A stretch of 64,000 bases of DNA from Paecilomyces variotii (taxonomy: Eukaryota), in NCBI GenBank assembly GCA_004022145.1, contig RCNU01000002.1; one strand, 5' to 3'. Made by a program: the position numbers and the translations under genes. Every line of letters starts with the position of its first letter. The first letter of the stretch is position 1. The notes beneath the pieces were generated by a model. The model ran no database searches. It was given only the letters and a program-made list of their open reading frames with translations, and was not told the origin of the DNA. This document shows, piece by piece, positions 12,614 to 26,991 of this stretch.

Positions 12614-14807
12614 TCAACCAGTGAAGAAATCCGGGGGTAGCGATGCCAGACCGGCAACAGTGAGAATGCTGCCGACAAAAACTCCGCCCAAAGCGACAAC
12701 TGCATCTCTGGCTAACTTGCGGCGACGGGAGGGAGCATGCGTTAGCTTTGCACGCTTTTGACAATGCCCGTTATCAGATACACCGTTCCCGGCGGATTGT
12801 TCCTCGGAGACAGCAGGGATCTTGATGAGCTCTGGAGGAGAACTGTCAAGGTCATTTATAGGTAGCTGTGGCTGAGCGTCTGGAAGCGAGGCCACATCAC
12901 CAAAGACACTTTCCAACTGAGCATCCCTAATAGACTCGCCGCAGTGACGTAGGTCAGAGAACTCATCGAAGTAGGATGGGCCAGAAACAATCGATTCCAA
13001 TTCCATTTCAGCCGCCTTTCTCTTCAGAGAGGTCCTTGGTTCCACTGGCTTGCAGTCATGAACAATATCAGCAATGGACACGCGTGTGGTTGCAGTGGAC
13101 TCTCCAGTTCGTCTCTCGGTAGCATGTTCAAGTGCCAATGCGGCCTTGTCACTGTTAGCAACACTACCACTCTGACCCGTACACTGCGGAAAGAGTGGCG
13201 AATGTGTGAAAGACGGAAGAGCGGTCTTTCCAAAACTGTTGTACCTAGGTAGCGGTTTCATGCGTTGTTCCTCCACGACTGGATCAGTACGGTGGTCCAC
13301 TAGGGTAGATGGCCCAGGGAGAATGATGGGTTCCATAGAGCCAACATTCTCAGTTGAGGGTCGCGTATGGTCGAGCATGAAAGGTCCATCAGAATATCCG
13401 TAAGAGCTAGGGGCTTTCACGAAGACACCAGATGGAAATCTGCAGGGCCGCCACTGGGATGCATGGTCCGCGGCCGATGGTCCTGCCCATTCATCGATAC
13501 ATGGTCCGGTAGAGAGGGTGGCGTAGACTGCAGGAGGGGGAGTGTACGACTTGTTGGTGGTATGAACGTGGCTGTTGGCGAAGCCTTGTTCGAACGACTC
13601 ATCGCTGGAACAGGATGCACCGGCGTCCTCATCATCTTCGAGCTCTTCCGACATTTGGGATTCGGAATCTTCCTCACTGCTGTAAGTCTCAAGATTTTCC
13701 CAGTCATGGTTGTCCGAGAAGGCACCTGGAGTGAAAGCCGCTGGTGGGGTCGTTGTTGGTGTCACCAGAGCCTGGTCCTCGTCAACGGTGACAGGCACCT
13801 TCCGCGTGCCTTCAGCCAAGTCTGATCCATTGGCCGCGGGCTTGGACTGGGATGCCTTAGGGCTCGAGGTCTCCGCATCGTCTCGCGTGCAGCCATCCGC
13901 AGCATCTTTGCTGAGAGGGGATGTAGCCGGGGTGGACTGATCTTTGGGGTGGGTAGAGTCTGCTTCAGATTCGTCGTCCGAGTCGGGAACCGTGAATGTT
14001 GTCACTTGCTTATGGCAAGAGTCACGAACTATTTCGATCACCTCATCGTCGTCGGGTACAGAGAAACTGTTCGTGGATGGCTTCGTGGGAAGCTCTCCGG
14101 GGGGTTCACTTGGCTCCTTATCACTAATGAGGGGTCAGTATATATAGTCATACCCAACCACCCAGGCATACATACTCATTATCGAACCACTGACACTCGC
14201 AGCGAACCTTGAGGGGAGCAAAAGTCTCTGGAGAAGAGAAAGTTAGCCCTGCATGTAGTACACACAGAAGAGACTATATAGGCTGGGACAGTCGATAGAA
14301 CAGAAAAAGCGAGTCAGGTAGTAGACATACCAGAACCGCGAGTGACTTCATTCCCAAAGGTGAGTATATCACCGCTCTGTACGGTGACATCTTTTCCGGT
14401 AGGGATCTTCTTGTCATTGAGTGCGGTACCATGCATAGAGCCGTTATCCCGAACGTAAACAATCTTTCGCAAAACGTCAGTTTGAATTTATCCCCTTGTC
14501 AAGCCAGAAACATAGATGGGAAAACCGACCTCCTTGTCCAGACGGACCCCAATGCGGGCATGATCCCTTGACATCACTCGCGATTCGAACCAAGCATTGT
14601 TATGCGCAGGGACAAGGTTTTTGGACAGGCATTTGGAAGACCGTCCGATACTGACGTTGTCTTTGTCCGAGGCAAAGGTCAGGGATCGAAAGGGGAGAGT
14701 GTCTGGTGAATAGATAGGGTGGAGGGTTATGACCGCTGCTAAGCGTCAGTATCCAAGATAACCGTCCTTATCGGTTGTGGATAAGACCTACCGTGTCGAC
14801 GAGGCAT
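12614..14807 (-). CDS. FHA-domain protein with disordered middle region and C-terminal hydrophobic tail; multi-exon, FHA exons at ~14320-14740 missed by the ORF track
   Basis: Spliced N-terminus MPRRH/AVITLHP...VSIGRSSK...WFESRVMSRDHA.../IVYVRDNGSMHGTALN...GDILTFG shows FHA GR, SRxHA and SxNGT-like motifs; C-terminus AVVALGGVFVGSILTVAGLASLP. Confidence 0.88.
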
Positions 14808-16371
14808 GATGACAGCGGTTAACCAGCATAAGTCTTGAAGAATATCCTTTCGATCGACATTCGAAGTCTGATGCCCGCAGTCAGGATGAGGGGACTCGAG
14901 GACAACTTGCTTTGGAAGCAGTCGACACCAGCGTAGCACAGCTTACCTAGTCGTACGCAAAGCAGCCCCACACGATCTATGGTATTCAGGTCTCTTTCTC
15001 TCTCTCAAAGGCAGAGCTCCGATCAGGACGGAACTCGCTGCCAGAGATCAGAAAAGGCCTGAGAGGTGATGTAGTAGTAGTAGATAGTAGATGGATGGAG
15101 CAGAGGATGAATGAATCCTCACGAGAGAGAGGGGTAGAGGGAAGTAGAGGAACGGACCGGAGACCCGATGAGGTGAAGCTGAGTTGGGCCCAACCGGGCG
15201 GAGAGAGAGAGAGAGTCCAACGCAGGTAACTTCGCTAGCAGGCAGAAAGACGAGTCACCTGCCTGGATGGCTCGCTAGCCTTGGATGACCGTGCTGGGAA
15301 AGCGCAATAGGCAGCCAGTCAGACGGTCAGTCGGAACGAGAAACGGGAAGGCTTCGCGGGCTGTTGACTCACTGCAGCCTGTCTGTACCGTTAATGAGGT
15401 GTATCTACTCGACAGGACCTTTGGAGATCGAGGCATGAGACTGTCGTCACCAAGGGGTGGCCCATGGATGTCTGCGATACATACAACAGACTGATAGGCA
15501 GAGAAACCCCGCCCCTTTTGGGCCCAGAAGAAGCGACGGAAAGCTTCATCTGTGATTGGGGCCAGCGGAACAGACAGCTATGGTACCGTAAAGAAGGAGA
15601 GGAGTACGAGTAATGTTTCGAATCGTGTCCCAGACCGTCGCAGATTTGATTATACTCGAATGTCACCATAATGCCTACCAGTTATCTATCGTCCATGGAG
15701 TCAGCAGCTCTTCACAAGGAACTCGATGACCCCAGATATCATTACTCTCATAAATCGACACTAATAAACGATACATACACCTGCGCTGGAGGGGCATCTC
15801 ACAGATGAGGTATTTGCAAGCTGATAGGCGGACATTGCGCCCGCTAGCTTAGGTACCCCGTTTGAAGTCAGATGACGGCGCCGATAAGCCCGCCCGCAAA
15901 CAGGACACTAATAATAGCCAAAAGAGCTCCAGGGATAAGATGAACAACATTCCAACACTCTCACATTTGATATAGTACAACTCTCTACGTACCTCGGCTA
16001 ACTGAACACCCTGCCAGTGATCCGTTCGACAACACCCAGGCCCTTCCTCTTGTTTGCAATGACCCCAGAGGCAGCGTTCATCGAGACAACAAACAAACCA
16101 AAGCAAAACAAGGCCAACAGGATCAAACCCGCTCCAGATATTAAAATACAATCACAGGAAACGACAGCGACCAGACCCGAAGGAAATAAGCCCAGGGAGG
16201 AAGAAGGATTCATCAGGCACATGTGACCCAGTCGTCCGGTTCAAGAGATCACAGGAAGATAGATACGAAGGGACACTGGCCGGCTGACAAACGAAGACAG
16301 TCCCAAGAGAGACCGTATTTACTACGTTTTTTTTTCCCGACCAGCTCAATCGATTGATCGAATGCCCAGGT

Positions 16372-18514
16372 TTACAGGCCAGGGGCGCCACCGATACCGG
16401 CTCCCATGCTCTGCAGACGGGCTGCCAGCTGGGGGTATTTCTCCTGAACCTCCAGCTGCGTCCGCGTAGCCTCCGCGTACGAAATGGCGTTGACCACTTC
16501 GGCCTCGGTACGTGCCAGTTCGGCCGCTCTCTCGAAGTACTTGAGCGCCTGCGAGACCTTACCCTGCTGCAGAAGCAGCTGGGCCATGGTGCCAACGGCA
16601 ATGTCGCATTCGGGGTCAACTGTGACTCGTCAGTGATTACATCCACTTGGTTCCTTATTATCCAGAAGGACTTACTGATGAGGGCCTTCTGGCACAGGTT
16701 CTCCGCCTCCTGGAAGTCGTGCTTCCACTGGAACACGGCAAGAGCCTTGTTGATCAGGGGCAGGACATTGATACCCATCGGCTTGCTGTTCTTCTCCATG
16801 TCCATGGCCTTGTCGAATTTCTCAACGGCCTCGGGGAACTTCTGCTGGTCGAGCAGAAGCTCACCAAAGTAGTTGTAGACATCGGGGATATCCTCGAAGT
16901 TCTTCTCGGATCGACGGAATGTCGCCATGGCAGAGGCAACAGAACCCAGCTTGTACTGTGTCACACCCAACTGGATGTGGGAATAAATGAAACTGCGGTC
17001 CAGATCAATCGACTTCTGATAATCCTTGGCGGCTTCGGCGAACTCTCCGAGGATAAAGTGGAGCTGAGCCCGGTGGTAGTAGATGTCGGGGTCATCCTTG
17101 TTGTGAGTAATGGCCAGTTCAAAGTCATCCTGGGCAGCATCCTTGTTTCCTGCTTGACGTTAGCTGCGGTTCAAGAGATCAACAAAGAACAATATGGCTT
17201 ACCGAGCTCAAGGTGCAGGCTGGCACGCTTGACATAGCTCTGAACCAGGGCCGGCTGCAGCTCCAGACTCTTGTTCAGATCGGCCAGGGCGGCCTGGGCG
17301 TTTCCTTGCAGGTAGGTGAAGGTAGCGCGCATGTTGAGCGCGTCCGCTTCATACTCACCCAGGTCACCTAGCTCGAGGGCCTTCTCGAAGGCCCGGGCAG
17401 CCTCCTCATAGCCGTCACCGGTCTTCTTTTCCAGGGCCAAGTAACCCTTACGGAGCTGGCCCTTGCCAGTGTCCTCGCTCAGTTCTGCAGACTCCTCCAA
17501 ACCGGCCGGTACCGGCTTGGGGCGGAAGCTCTGCAGGTAGTTCGAGACAAAGGTGGCATTGGGAAGCTTCTTTCCCTTGGCCTCAATGATCTCCTTGCCC
17601 TTCTTTTCCGCGACCTTCTTGAGCAGTCGCTCGAGAGAAAGACGGCTGGTGTCGTTTGTGAAGCTGTCGATAATGCAGCTGGCCGTGAAGTCAAGGAGGG
17701 CTTCGCTGAACTTGCCTAGGTGCTCGTAGGCAATGGCTCTCCGGTTGAGGGCCTTGACGTATCCACTGTCCATAGCAATGGCAGCACTGGTGTCCTCAAC
17801 CACCTTCTCCCACTCCGACAGAGCATTGTAGCAGGCTGCCCGGTTGGAGTAGAACACCGGATCGGGCTTGCACAAGATAGCCTTTCCATACAGGTCAATT
17901 GCTCTGTTGTAATCCTTTGACCCGTAGGCCTTGTTTCCGGCGGCTTTAAGCTTGGCGGCATATGCCTTCCTGGTCTATAAGACAAGTCAGCTGGAGTCGT
18001 TCCGTGACGGAACAAACGAACTAGAAAAAAAAAATGTTATGTGGTCCACACACCTCTTCGTCGAGGTTCCCGACGGTCGCCTCATCGACCTCAGGAAGCT
18101 CATCAGATGGCTCCCCAGCCTTCTTCTTGGCCGACTCTGAAAGCTCCGTCAGTATAAGGCCGTCCAGGCCCATAATGCCGCGGTCTCCGACGACATACCA
18201 TCCTGTGCGGATGCAGCCTTTTCCGCCTTCTTCTCCTCCTCGGCCCTCTTCTTCTCCTTCCGTCGCTCCTTCTTGCTCTTCCTCTTCTCCGCAGACGGTG
18301 CAGCAGGCTTGGTGCTTGAGTCCGAGAGGTAGTAGACCACTCCGGCGCTAGTCACTACCACCGCAACACCGGCGATGGTGTAGACAACAGCCTTATTCTC
18401 TGAAACCCATGTCGAAATGCGATCCCATACTGACGCTGAGGAAGATGAGGAGAGAGAAGATGTATCAAGGACCACGTTCTGAGTGGCCGTCGCTGGGGGC
18501 GGAGCGCTCGACAT
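16372..18514 (-). CDS. TOM70: Mitochondrial import receptor Tom70 (TPR), multi-exon
   Basis: N-terminal anchor ([21 protein letters not shown]) with basic stretch; LKAAGNKAY and [13 protein letters not shown] clamp; C-terminal TPRs ending [11 protein letters not shown]. Confidence 0.96.
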
Positions 18515-20218
18515 GATGCGCGTGAAAACAGGAAAAAGCGACCTTTTTTTCGCTTCCGACCGAAACGTCTGCTCCCACGAAAGCCGTAGGATTAAAAAGA
18601 ATTATACAATGTGATGATTAAAAGCAAAAGGAATAGAATGGAGAGAATGACGGAAGGAGATCCCAGGAGATAGACGAAGGCGAAGCCTTAGCGGAGGAAT
18701 GGCTGCTCTAGAGGGATAGACCTTTGAAAAGTTATCGAGTTCGATGATCCGGGCGGCTGTTTGGCTTCTTCGGGCTCGCTGCTGGTCTTCTTCCCGAGCT
18801 CTACCCAGCTGGGCCAATCAGCGGAGCCCCGGGCCGTGCTGACTGAGCGCGCTATTTGGTGTCTTTTTGCGGAAGATTGTGATAAATGCTCATCCGATCT
18901 TCAGACGAGTCTGTTTGGGGAGATGGGAATGGTCTATTCCTGAAACATTCCCGTACTGGAACCATCGTCGAAGATGGTGTTCCTGAGAGAAAAGCGCCTG
19001 ATCCGGATCGTATACTCCAGTAAGCGTCTTCCCGCAATAGCATCATGCGGGGACAGAAATCACAACAACGCGTCGTCCTGCAATTATCTTGCACAGGAGA
19101 TGGACTTGAAGTTAGATACGTAGAGGTTCCAAGGAGTATCCAGGGATAATTATCAGTTGCTTGTTAGCCTGTTAGGTCGCTAAAGCACATGAAGCACGAC
19201 CGGTCCAACGTCATAGTTAAGACTATGGCAGTAACCACAGAAATACGCACACAGGATCTCTATCTCTAACTATATATCATAATTTCTTCTCAGAATGAAA
19301 CGACCTGGATAAGGGATATGACCCTGTAATCGAACTGCTTACTAGTCTAGTAGTACTCAGTCATGGTTATCTTGTCGACTGCTCTCTTGCAGTATTGGAA
19401 CCGCTGCTTTCTAGGATCAAAAATTAGCCTCGACCATGCGGTGAAGACGACAACTCAAGTTGAACTGGGACGGTCTCTACACTAATCCGTAACAGAGGAG
19501 CACGGTTTTTCCTTTCCCCAGTTGCAGATCTTGAACGAGACTCCCCATGGTCCATGCTGAGAGTTCATGTACGCCGTGCATGGGTCAACGTGTCCAACTG
19601 CCGTTTGGGGTCGTCAACATTGGCTATCGGGTCTTTCGACGGGAGAAATTATGGCTGGGCATATTCCGGGGAGATCTAGGCCCCGCATACTTGCTTGTTG
19701 GTGTGGTCAATAACAGTGTGCCCTCGCGATCATCTCTCGACTCCAGCGATCGCGAGCAAATGAACCCTTTGTATCACCCTCCATAAGTCTCCGTGCACGG
19801 TTCCGCTGAGCTCTTGACGTAACTCTGCGCAGTCCAGCAATGCAGCCCTTTGTCTCTGTCGCCACTGAGCATATCTGCTGTGGAGTATGGAGTTCTGGAT
19901 ACGCTCCAGACTCCAGAGTATCAGGATTATTGCCTCCAGAGCTGCTCGTATTCTCCAGCGCATCTGGTCGCTGATTGGCTGGACACGGGGGTCTCACGTG
20001 AGGTAATGCTGACAACCCCGCGTTTCTGATTTGGTTAGCGCCGGCGACTGCAGGAAAGCTCTCGGAAGCAGAAAGTGCAGGATTGTCCGACCGGCCCAGA
20101 AGAAGCAGAAAAGCAGACGACCTCGGGCGCCTCCCATCTTCCATCCTTACTCCAGGATTCCCCCAATTCCCTCAAAACAAACCAATCCTCTACGTCCGGC
20201 GATGGGCATTTCGCAATC

Positions 20219-21043
20219 ATGAAGTTCTTCGAAAACGTTTTCAGCTACGACTATTCCTTCCCTGCTGTCTCTCTGGCTTATTTTCTCCGTTATCCCAACC
20301 CTTACTCCCGTCATGTCCTCACGACCGATGTCATCGACCGCTATGTTGACCCGGAAACTCAACGACTCCACACCACCAGGCTTCATCTGAAGAAGTCCAA
20401 AATCCCTTCTGCCATGCTCAAACTCCTTCCCAAGGGCATTGGCGGATCGGACAATTCCGGTCAGAGTTTCATCCTCGAAACGAGCGTCGTTGATCCCAAA
20501 GAAGGATGGATGAAGACGGAATCCCGCAATATGGAGTGGACGGGCATCTTGAGCGTCGTTGAAAAGCAATTCTACCAGCGACAGCCCGCCCTGGATGGTA
20601 GCCAGGACCTTGCCGGTCTCTCGATCGACCAGAAGAAAGATGAGCGAACAACGGTCAAGACGACAGTCACCTTCCTGTCGAGACTCGGACAAGGCAAGCT
20701 ACTCGGACATAAGAGGAAGCCTGAGTTGCCGCCTACCGGAGCCGACAGTGAGAGCGAGGAGGACGTTCCCAAGCAAGGTTTCTTCAGCTCGTGGTCCACG
20801 GCCGGTCTTCAGCGAACTATTGAGCTGATCGGCGTCAAGAGGACCCGCGATGCCATCCTGAAGAGCAAGCAGGGAATGAACGTTGTGCTGGAGCGTTTGC
20901 GGAGCGGGGGAATAGTCGGTGTTATGGAAGGCATGCGACAGGACCGCGAGGCGACTTCCGGCCCGGAAGGCCCCTGGAAGCGCGTCTGGCTGCAGGGCAA
21001 CAACCTCAAAGAAACGGCCTATCTCGAAGACGACGACAATTAA
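20219..21043 (+). CDS. UPS1: PRELI/MSF1-domain mitochondrial lipid-transfer protein, Ups1-like
   Basis: MKFFENVFSYDYSFPAVSLAYFLRYPNPYSRHVLTTDVIDR, with the RYPNP..HV PRELI signature; ATG at 20219. Confidence 0.88.
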   Translation: MKFFENVFSYDYSFPAVSLAYFLRYPNPYSRHVLTTDVIDRYVDPETQRLHTTRLHLKKSKIPSAMLKLLPKGIGGSDNSGQSFILETSVVDPKEGWMKTESRNMEWTGILSVVEKQFYQRQPALDGSQDLAGLSIDQKKDERTTVKTTVTFLSRLGQGKLLGHKRKPELPPTGADSESEEDVPKQGFFSSWSTAGLQRTIELIGVKRTRDAILKSKQGMNVVLERLRSGGIVGVMEGMRQDREATSGPEGPWKRVWLQGNNLKETAYLEDDDN

Positions 21044-21666
21044 CGTCGATGTACGAATGAAGCGGAAGACGAACGAAGAAAGATCTCTCATGCATATTCG
21101 GTTTTGGAGCGCGGAGTTACGGAGCTTGGATTTTGTTATTGACGGACACTCTCCCACCACCATCGACTATCGATTTACCACGTACTGGAGCTATTTTTGA
21201 GGGCACACAGGAAGCTCTGTTGTATTGGGCCTGAAAGACACGGCAAGATAAAGAAAAAACAAAATTACCACCAGTTGTATGATACTGGGAAAATCCCTGG
21301 TGACCATGGTGCTTTCGCTCTCGTTGCAGGAGGAAAGGCCAGCTGTACATTAGTGAAGCATATCTTCAATCTTCTTTGACTCTGTCAATGGTATTAGTAT
21401 TTCTTTTTGAAGACATCATCAAAGCATTTGGTCCCTTAGATCCCACAGTAGTTCATTCTGCAGCGAATGCCGCAGGTATTAAGGGCGCAAATGCTCCGCA
21501 GTCCACGGAGACCAGGCGCCGGAAGGATACATCTCATATAAAGGTAACACGTATCCTACAGAACCCCACGCTTTGGATACTACTTGAGTGTATAGTGACA
21601 CAAATTATCAGACGACCAATCCGGGTCTTCGATCAACGAACAGAAACATAAAGGAAGCAGGACAAG

Positions 21667-21708
21667 CTGAAATAACGCTGAAAAGCTGAAAGGCTGAAAG
21701 GCTGAAAG
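21667..21708. repeat. Short imperfect tandem repeat of GCTGAAA(G)
   Basis: Five GCTGAAA units seen directly. Confidence 0.7.
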
Positions 21709-23234
21709 ACTCCTAGACCCACACGGGCCAAGGGGAACTATTTCAGAACTACCTTGCACCGCACATTTGCTTAGAAAACCAAAAGAAGTCCCGGCGCCGA
21801 AAGGGGTAATTTCTAGCCATATTATCTCGATGTCTTGGATGGAACAATCTGCTCCGTGTGCTAATATTCAAGTCAGCTCAAGTCGAGATCATGGTCTCTG
21901 TTGCTATGACCAAGTTAATTTCAATCTGTCGATAGTCTCCTCCTAGTTTATGCACTTATATGATGCTGTGTGTAGATAGTATGTGACCATAGAAGACTAC
22001 TGTAGGTACTGGCGATGTTGTTTACTTGAGATTATGATTATCTATTGTTATTGCTGGTTGGGCGAGAGTGCCTCAGACGTCATTGTATATCGGCTCTTGT
22101 CCGTAATGATACCCGGGATCTTGGCAACGTTGTTCGAAAAATGTTTCTGGCGTTCCTGGATGTACTCCTGTAGTCCGTGCTGTACACACAAGGGTCAACA
22201 AAGAATAATCCTTTATCTTTTAGGTTGCTCACCACGGCTAATTGATTATAGTTAGCCGTCCTTCGTCGGATGACTTTTCCAAAGATCGATACTGATGCAC
22301 AGAACAAACACGTGAACTGTCACTGCGATTATCGATATCTCCCCGTTCGAGGTCCTATCAATGATCATCCAGGAACTCTCCCAGGCGAAGAAAGGATCAG
22401 CGGTGGCTAGAAGCCCCGCTAGCGTTGCAACGGCCAAGACACCGGTATGCTTGATGGGGGATTCAAGAATGCAATTGTTGGCATTGACACAGAGAAGATG
22501 GATCGCGGTTCATGCGACGGATGGGTGAGTCTGATGACATGGGAGGAATCTGCGTCGAGTTAACTATCTACTCGTCTTAAGGGAAAGCCCGAGGGGGGAA
22601 GACTCCGTTACTCTTCTGAAACAAAGCAACTCACCGATGGTTTATTCTTTTTTTGAGTTGAGTTGATCTCCCGCTCCGTTCAGGCTGTTGCGGTCTTTCT
22701 ATCCGGAGTCTTGGATCAGAATTACCATAATAATAATACTTAGTGAACGCCGTCAAGTGGTTTCATCTCCAGCGGGGTGGGTTCAGTAATGGCCGTCGCC
22801 CAGTGAGCACTCCGACGTACGCCGTAGTCACAAGTCACAAGCACAGTAATACTTTAGGAGTCATATAGCGAGCTGCTAGTGAGATACGGAACTTGCCGGA
22901 CAATCCGATAGAGCAGTCTCTTGCCTTTTAGTTTGTTCATGGCATGCCCTACTTCGAGTTTGGGTTTGGCCGCGTCGGGATAAGCGTACCTGTAGCAAGA
23001 CTACCGGCAAGCCTCAAAGGGACCCAGCGCGCCGCCAGCGCGCCTCCCACTTCATTCTCGCTGCCTCACCTCCTCTTCGTTCGATCCTCAATAATTCACC
23101 TCTTCTCCCCCCCAGCACGAGGTCGTGAGCATGCAAATTGCTGTCCAGATCCTCGACTCTCCGTCGTTGTCGCCCCTAGAGGTGACTGCGACGCTCTCCC
23201 GGAGATGAGACGACCTCCGAAGCTGCTGCTTTGG

Positions 23235-24102
23235 ATGGCCTTTCGCAGCGTGACCAAACTGCCGTCTCTGCCATTCCTCATTCTCGCTATCGTCACCCTC
23301 GTCAAGGCTCAAACGTGCGCCTTCACAGACGACAGCTGCATCGATCCCCTCGCTCAGACAGCTGTGCCGTTGTCTTTCAGCCCCCTGTTTCCGCAAAACA
23401 TCACCTTTTATTATGGCTTCGATGCCGCTTATCTTTCCGCCTCGGAGGGTTTGTCACTGGACGGACAGAGTGAAGGACCGATAGTGAAGGGCAGCTTCTG
23501 GCTTGGATACGGTTCTCATATGTCTTCTACTGACGTTCACGCCAATCATACCTCCGAAGTCGCCGTGCGCGTGGGAAACCTGACTGGCTCCCCTAGCGGA
23601 GGAAATAATGGCTGCGATGGTGTCTGGGGATCTGAATGCTCGCAGGAGATCAAACACCTGCTGCAAGGGTCCATCTACGACCTCTCTGTAATGGGATCCT
23701 ATTACACCAATCCCCTGCAGACAGTACTCAGGCAGCTATGGCAGACACCACTAGCAATTGTCTCATGCCCTTCAACTTTATTCACAGTCCAGACAATTCC
23801 GGCTGAATGTACGTGTTGCTCCATGCTCGCCCTTCTCTTGTTTCAAGATGTGCTGACGGCAGATCATAGCATTCGCCCAAGAAAATGAAGTCGGTCAGTC
23901 GGTGCAGATTATGGACCCGGGGAACAGTGTCTCGCCGTGGCAGACATGGTTTGTTCACGGGGTTTCTGCTTCTGAGCAAGCGGAACAGGTTGCAGTCGGG
24001 ATCCTTTCGAGAGGCCCGACCTATGCTTCCGAACCGTTGAAGAGTCCACATGATGTGCAGATTGAACTCGTCTGTGTCAGGGCCCCGCAAGAAGCACGTT
24101 GA
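23235..24102 (+). CDS. Hypothetical secreted Cys-containing protein; exons 23235-23808, 23870-24102
   Basis: Signal-peptide-like MAFRSVTKLPSLPFLILAIVTLVKA|QTC; GGNNGCDGVWGSEC motif; GTACGT..GCTGAC..TAG intron joins two ORF-track pieces in frame. Confidence 0.75.
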
Positions 24103-26991
24103 ACCAGACATGCTTTGTCCTCAGGACACAAAGAAGCTTCGATGTCTGACATCCACCTTATGGGATTCCAAGGAGGCGATACAAGGGTATGAGGAAGACT
24201 TCTGTGGGGTGTTTCAACGATCTCCGGACGCTCCCTACTCTCCACCCAATAGCTATATTGAGCACGCCCTAGCCCACGCAAGCACCACACCGCCTGAGGC
24301 TCAGTTGTTCAAGCACACTTATTCTCACTCTCGGTGGTTGAAAGCCAGCTGGTGGTTAGGAATATTCGCAAACGCGCTATCGTCGAGGATGACGCATTAA
24401 CCTTTTCTGAATTTGGACGCTAACTGCGGCCTCCCGCCTCTACACATAGCATCTTATGCTTACTCATGGATACCCAAGTCGTTTGAATGTTTATAGAGTT
24501 GTTTGCTCGAATCAATATTCTTATATCTCCTATTTATATCCTCATCGTGCAGATCTTTTCGCCTTGTTCGTTAGCCTGTGAACAAACAGATGCCGAACTT
24601 TCTTATCTGATCGGATAACGGTTTTAAGCGTGATCTGTCTCGAGAGGCTCAAGATATCTTGCGGGGACTCGGGGACAGACTTAAATGACTGTCCTTCGAT
24701 TAGATGAGGTCCGTGTCAGGCTTGTCGCTGCAGCAGGTCAAAACCAGAAGCGATTTACGGGTAACCGATGTGGATGTTTACCGTCCGCGCTACATCTCTC
24801 CGCCCCAGCGCTTTGCAGGATACTTTTCCTGGATAGACATTCCAACTTGCGACTCGAGTCGACAGTTATGACATTTCGGCATGCGAGTTGTATATACAGA
24901 ACATGGGATAATGCATCATTCCTATTTTTATGCAGCTCAAAGGGCTCCTTCCATCCTCATCATAAACCACGGCACCGTGTCTTCGTTTCTAGCCCACGAT
25001 CCTCACCATAAAGAACGCAGGACGGATTACAACGTTGTCCAGTGCATCTCTTCAAACCAAGTACATTGCCAGAATTCTCCAGGTCGGGTCCATTGGTAGA
25101 TTAGCTGGCAGTTGCAGATGTCAGCTTCGACCTCCAGTTGTGGAAGGACGGGCACGTTGAATTGGGTTTGCGCTATAGATGCACCACTAGGATAGGAAAG
25201 TGGTTAAAAGGGAGGGGAGACGAATTGTTATCAACGACAAAATTAGACGAACCATATGCTAGCATATCAAGCTTTTTACATCCTTTAATCAATCCTCGAC
25301 TCTTATCTACAGCGAACACGCATATACTATCAACTCTGCTGTTTGAAAACACACTTAACCAATATCTATATACATACATCACCAGGTCGCATCCATGCCT
25401 TTCTTTCTAGTATCTACAGCACAAGCTCCAAAACCAAAATTAATCCATGGACCCTCAACTTAAGCCAACTCAACAGGCAAAAAAAAATTCCCAACGGTAA
25501 TTTCCCCCGACTGAAATCCACAACGTACTCTCGACATCGGCAGCGGCTCCATCCGGCCTATGGTATGGCATAGTTACCGACGTTGAAACGGCGTCATAGG
25601 GAATCAATCGTCGGAGCGGCCGGATCTACTCTAAGAAGACGACATCAGGTTACTGTCTAGGTACATACCTACACGTACAAAACCGGTTTGGTCTATTCCT
25701 ATCCCTGCATAGGTGAAAGGAGCCAGTGGAGAATAATAGAGACTAGAGTTGCGCTGGTTATTGATAAGATCAAGAGTGCAAGATTATGTATGCTCTTTCT
25801 TTTATATATAATGTCATCGTCTCTCTTTTTTATTCTTAGTTAATTCCTCTGTGTATAGTTATGTAAATGCGAATAACTATAACTACCTATATATTCACCA
25901 TAGAAGGATGAATACGAATAATACTAGATAGAGTATGTACGTAGGTATATTATTCCACTACCTCCCCAAGTTTATATCTCCACTATGGGGTATTTCCCAA
26001 TAATAATCTAGGCTTGCCGTACCATATTATATACACCGCTGAGATGTATCATTCCCTCCCCATTTTTTTCCTTTTCGTATTAATTTAATTAATCCTAGTT
26101 TCGATTTTGTGTGGACTCCAAAAAATTCTGTTTTCGATCGAGAGGGAGAGAGAGAGCGCGCACGGGCAGAAGTCGATGATGTCATTTGGGAAATCGGCTT
26201 TTCCGCAGGAAAGTTCCGCATTCCTATCATGATGTATAGTATGGTATACGATAGATAACTTAGGTATCACAGGTGGTTTTAGTTCAATTGATTAATTGAT
26301 TGATTACTAGCTATAGCTTTTCCATGCATGGGATATTTTAAATGAAATAGTACGATTTTCTCAACCCCGGATAGTTAACTATTCCAACTAAATACATACA
26401 TAATTAAACGTTAGGACGGAGAGGCGCATGGACAGGACTCAAGAGTATTGCATCCGTCCTATATGCTTCTGGTCTTAATTGTCTCGTTCCGTGTCAATCG
26501 TAACCGTGCGCCATATACCGTCCGTTATTATTATTGATGGAGAAGATGTGTCTCTCATGGATTATACCCCCTGCCATAAACCCCATACCATACCGAGTCC
26601 AGTAGAAGAAACTTCTAGGATCCCCTCTCAAAGCTTCCTGGAGACCAGGGACCCTAGTAGACAAACGCAACGCAAATACAACCGAGAAACCAATTGGTAA
26701 TACAACCTCCGCAGGATGAGAGGATGGAACAGTAGTCGTCATAGTGCAGGCGTAGGAGGGTACAAGGCAGGGGTGAACCCTCACCATTCATCCTCACACC
26801 AGTCATATTAGAAGAGTAATTAGGGATTATATCGTAGGGACACCAGGAGCATGTATCCAGACCGATCCAGGACGGAACATTATGTCACTGGTTATAAATT
26901 CTCGTGCTGGAAATCAGTCAGATATCATTTCCATCAGAGTTCATTACCATCATTACTTACCTCTTTTATTCCCAGATCACGCCTCTCATAT

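Noticed and set aside
24050-24400. ORF overlapping the end of the secreted-protein gene as a possible extra exon or frameshift
   Set aside because: The only candidate intron is ~31 nt GC-AG without a branch site; no support
25780-26410. AT/TpA-rich patch as a RIP-decayed transposon
   Set aside because: No terminal repeats or transposase remnants visible; consistent with ordinary intergenic sequence
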